This document shows positions 62,807 to 64,000 of a DNA stretch of 64,000 nt, one piece after another. Each line of letters begins with the position of its first letter. The first letter of the stretch is position 1. Source of the stretch: Mobula hypostoma (Eukaryota); the NCBI RefSeq assembly GCF_963921235.1, contig NC_086097.1:119910001-119974000 (forward strand). Reading direction: 5' to 3'. A model generated the notes under the pieces. The model was not told the DNA's origin, did no database searches, and was given only the letters and a program-made list of their open reading frames with translations. The translations under genes and the position numbers were made by a program.

Positions 62807-63718
62807 ATTCAGTGGTTAATTCACTCCTTACAAGTCTGCTGCAAACTGTATAAATGCTATGCCTGGACTGGTGTGATAATTTTATATACAGACTTTATGA
62901 GGTATCTCCCATACATGGTCTTCTGCTGCTGTAGTCCATCCACTTCAAGGGTTGACCTGTTGTGCATTCACAGATGCTCTGTGTACCACTGTTGTATGTG
63001 TGGTTAATTAAGTTACTGTCACCTTCCTATCAGTTTGAACCAATCTGTCCATTCTCCTCTGACCTCTCTCATTAACAAGATATTTTTTCCCACAGAACAG
63101 CCATTTATTGGATTTTTTTGTTGTTTTTTGCATCATTCTCAGTAAACTCTAGAGATTTGTATGTAAAAATCCCAGGAGTTTAGCAATTTTTATGATACTC
63201 AAACCACCTCTTCTGGCACCAAAAATCATTCCACAGTCAAAGTCACTCAGATCACATTTAGAAACATGGAAACATAGAAAACATACAGCGCAATACAGGC
63301 CCTTCGGTTCACAAAGCCGTGCCGAACATATCCCTACCTTAGAACTACCTAGGCTTTACCCATAGCCCTCTATTTTTCTAAGCTCCATGTAGCCATCCAG
63401 GAGTCTCTTAAAAGTCTGGCCTAGATAAGTATGCTCATATCCTATCAAGTCAAATGTAGCATTGTTTTAAAGAAATGAGCCCAAACAGTTAATGCTCTAT
63501 AGGAATCTTCTCTTATTTCACTTCAACACAATGGACAGAAGAATTTATATTTCCTTGAAAACAAAACCATCTTCTCTTAATAATATTCATTTCTTCCCCA
63601 AGATTCTGTTTGGACTGAACAACAACTTAACCTCATAACCCTGCCTGCATGGTTTTATGCATTGGCTTGCATCCATATGATTGGTTGATCAAATATTTAC
63701 TTTAACAAGCGGGTGTAG
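62807..63718. mobile_element. Tc1-type MITE interrupted by a CR1 tail (~63262-63415) and other sequence
   Basis: Internal sequence homologous to 48214-48709, resuming at ~63590. Confidence 0.65.
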
Positions 63719-64000
63719 CAATAATCCGAACACAAAGTGAAAATTCAGAATTCAAGGCAATCCAATGCTAAATATTTAGACCACCTATCTTGACTGTAAG
63801 ATTTAGGTAACTAGGTATGATGGCTCCAAACCTTGAACACTTGTAAAAGTGAACCTTGACAGTCTCATACTTTGTGTGTTTTAGTCCCTTATGTTTACAA
63901 CTATTGCTCTCATATAGTTTTAGCCAGGTCTCTGGTACTGCAGTCCTTTGCTGACTAATGCTATAAGTTGCCAATGCCAATTTTCATCTCTCCTCCAAAT

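Overview
Vertebrate genomic DNA, AT-rich and dominated by repeats. The repeat mix (CR1, Rex1/Babar, Penelope/Poseidon-type PLEs, tRNA-derived SINEs) suggests a cartilaginous fish such as a ray; this is inference. I found no convincing host protein-coding exon, and nearly all ORFs in the track are transposon fragments or noise. The window holds many decayed CR1 and Rex1-type LINEs, a 5'-truncated L1, an RTE fragment, Tc1-type MITEs, a solo LTR, a Gypsy gag remnant, a recurring ~650-bp non-autonomous element and a 5'-truncated Hero-clade RT/RLE retrotransposon. Two signals stand out. (1) The Hero 3' UTR (25876-25994) folds into a six-helix pseudoknotted RNA carrying the hammerhead core motifs (CUGAUGA, GAAA, GUC) in a non-canonical order, a candidate ribozyme of unusual topology. 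(2) At least five Penelope-like insertions, from 92 bp to 4.45 kb, share one architecture: two 3' ends joined head-to-head inside a single 12-15 bp TSD, with one long and one short terminus and arm-shared variants, pointing to double priming on two copies of the same hammerhead-bearing RNA. Boundaries of old repeats are approximate (read by eye).
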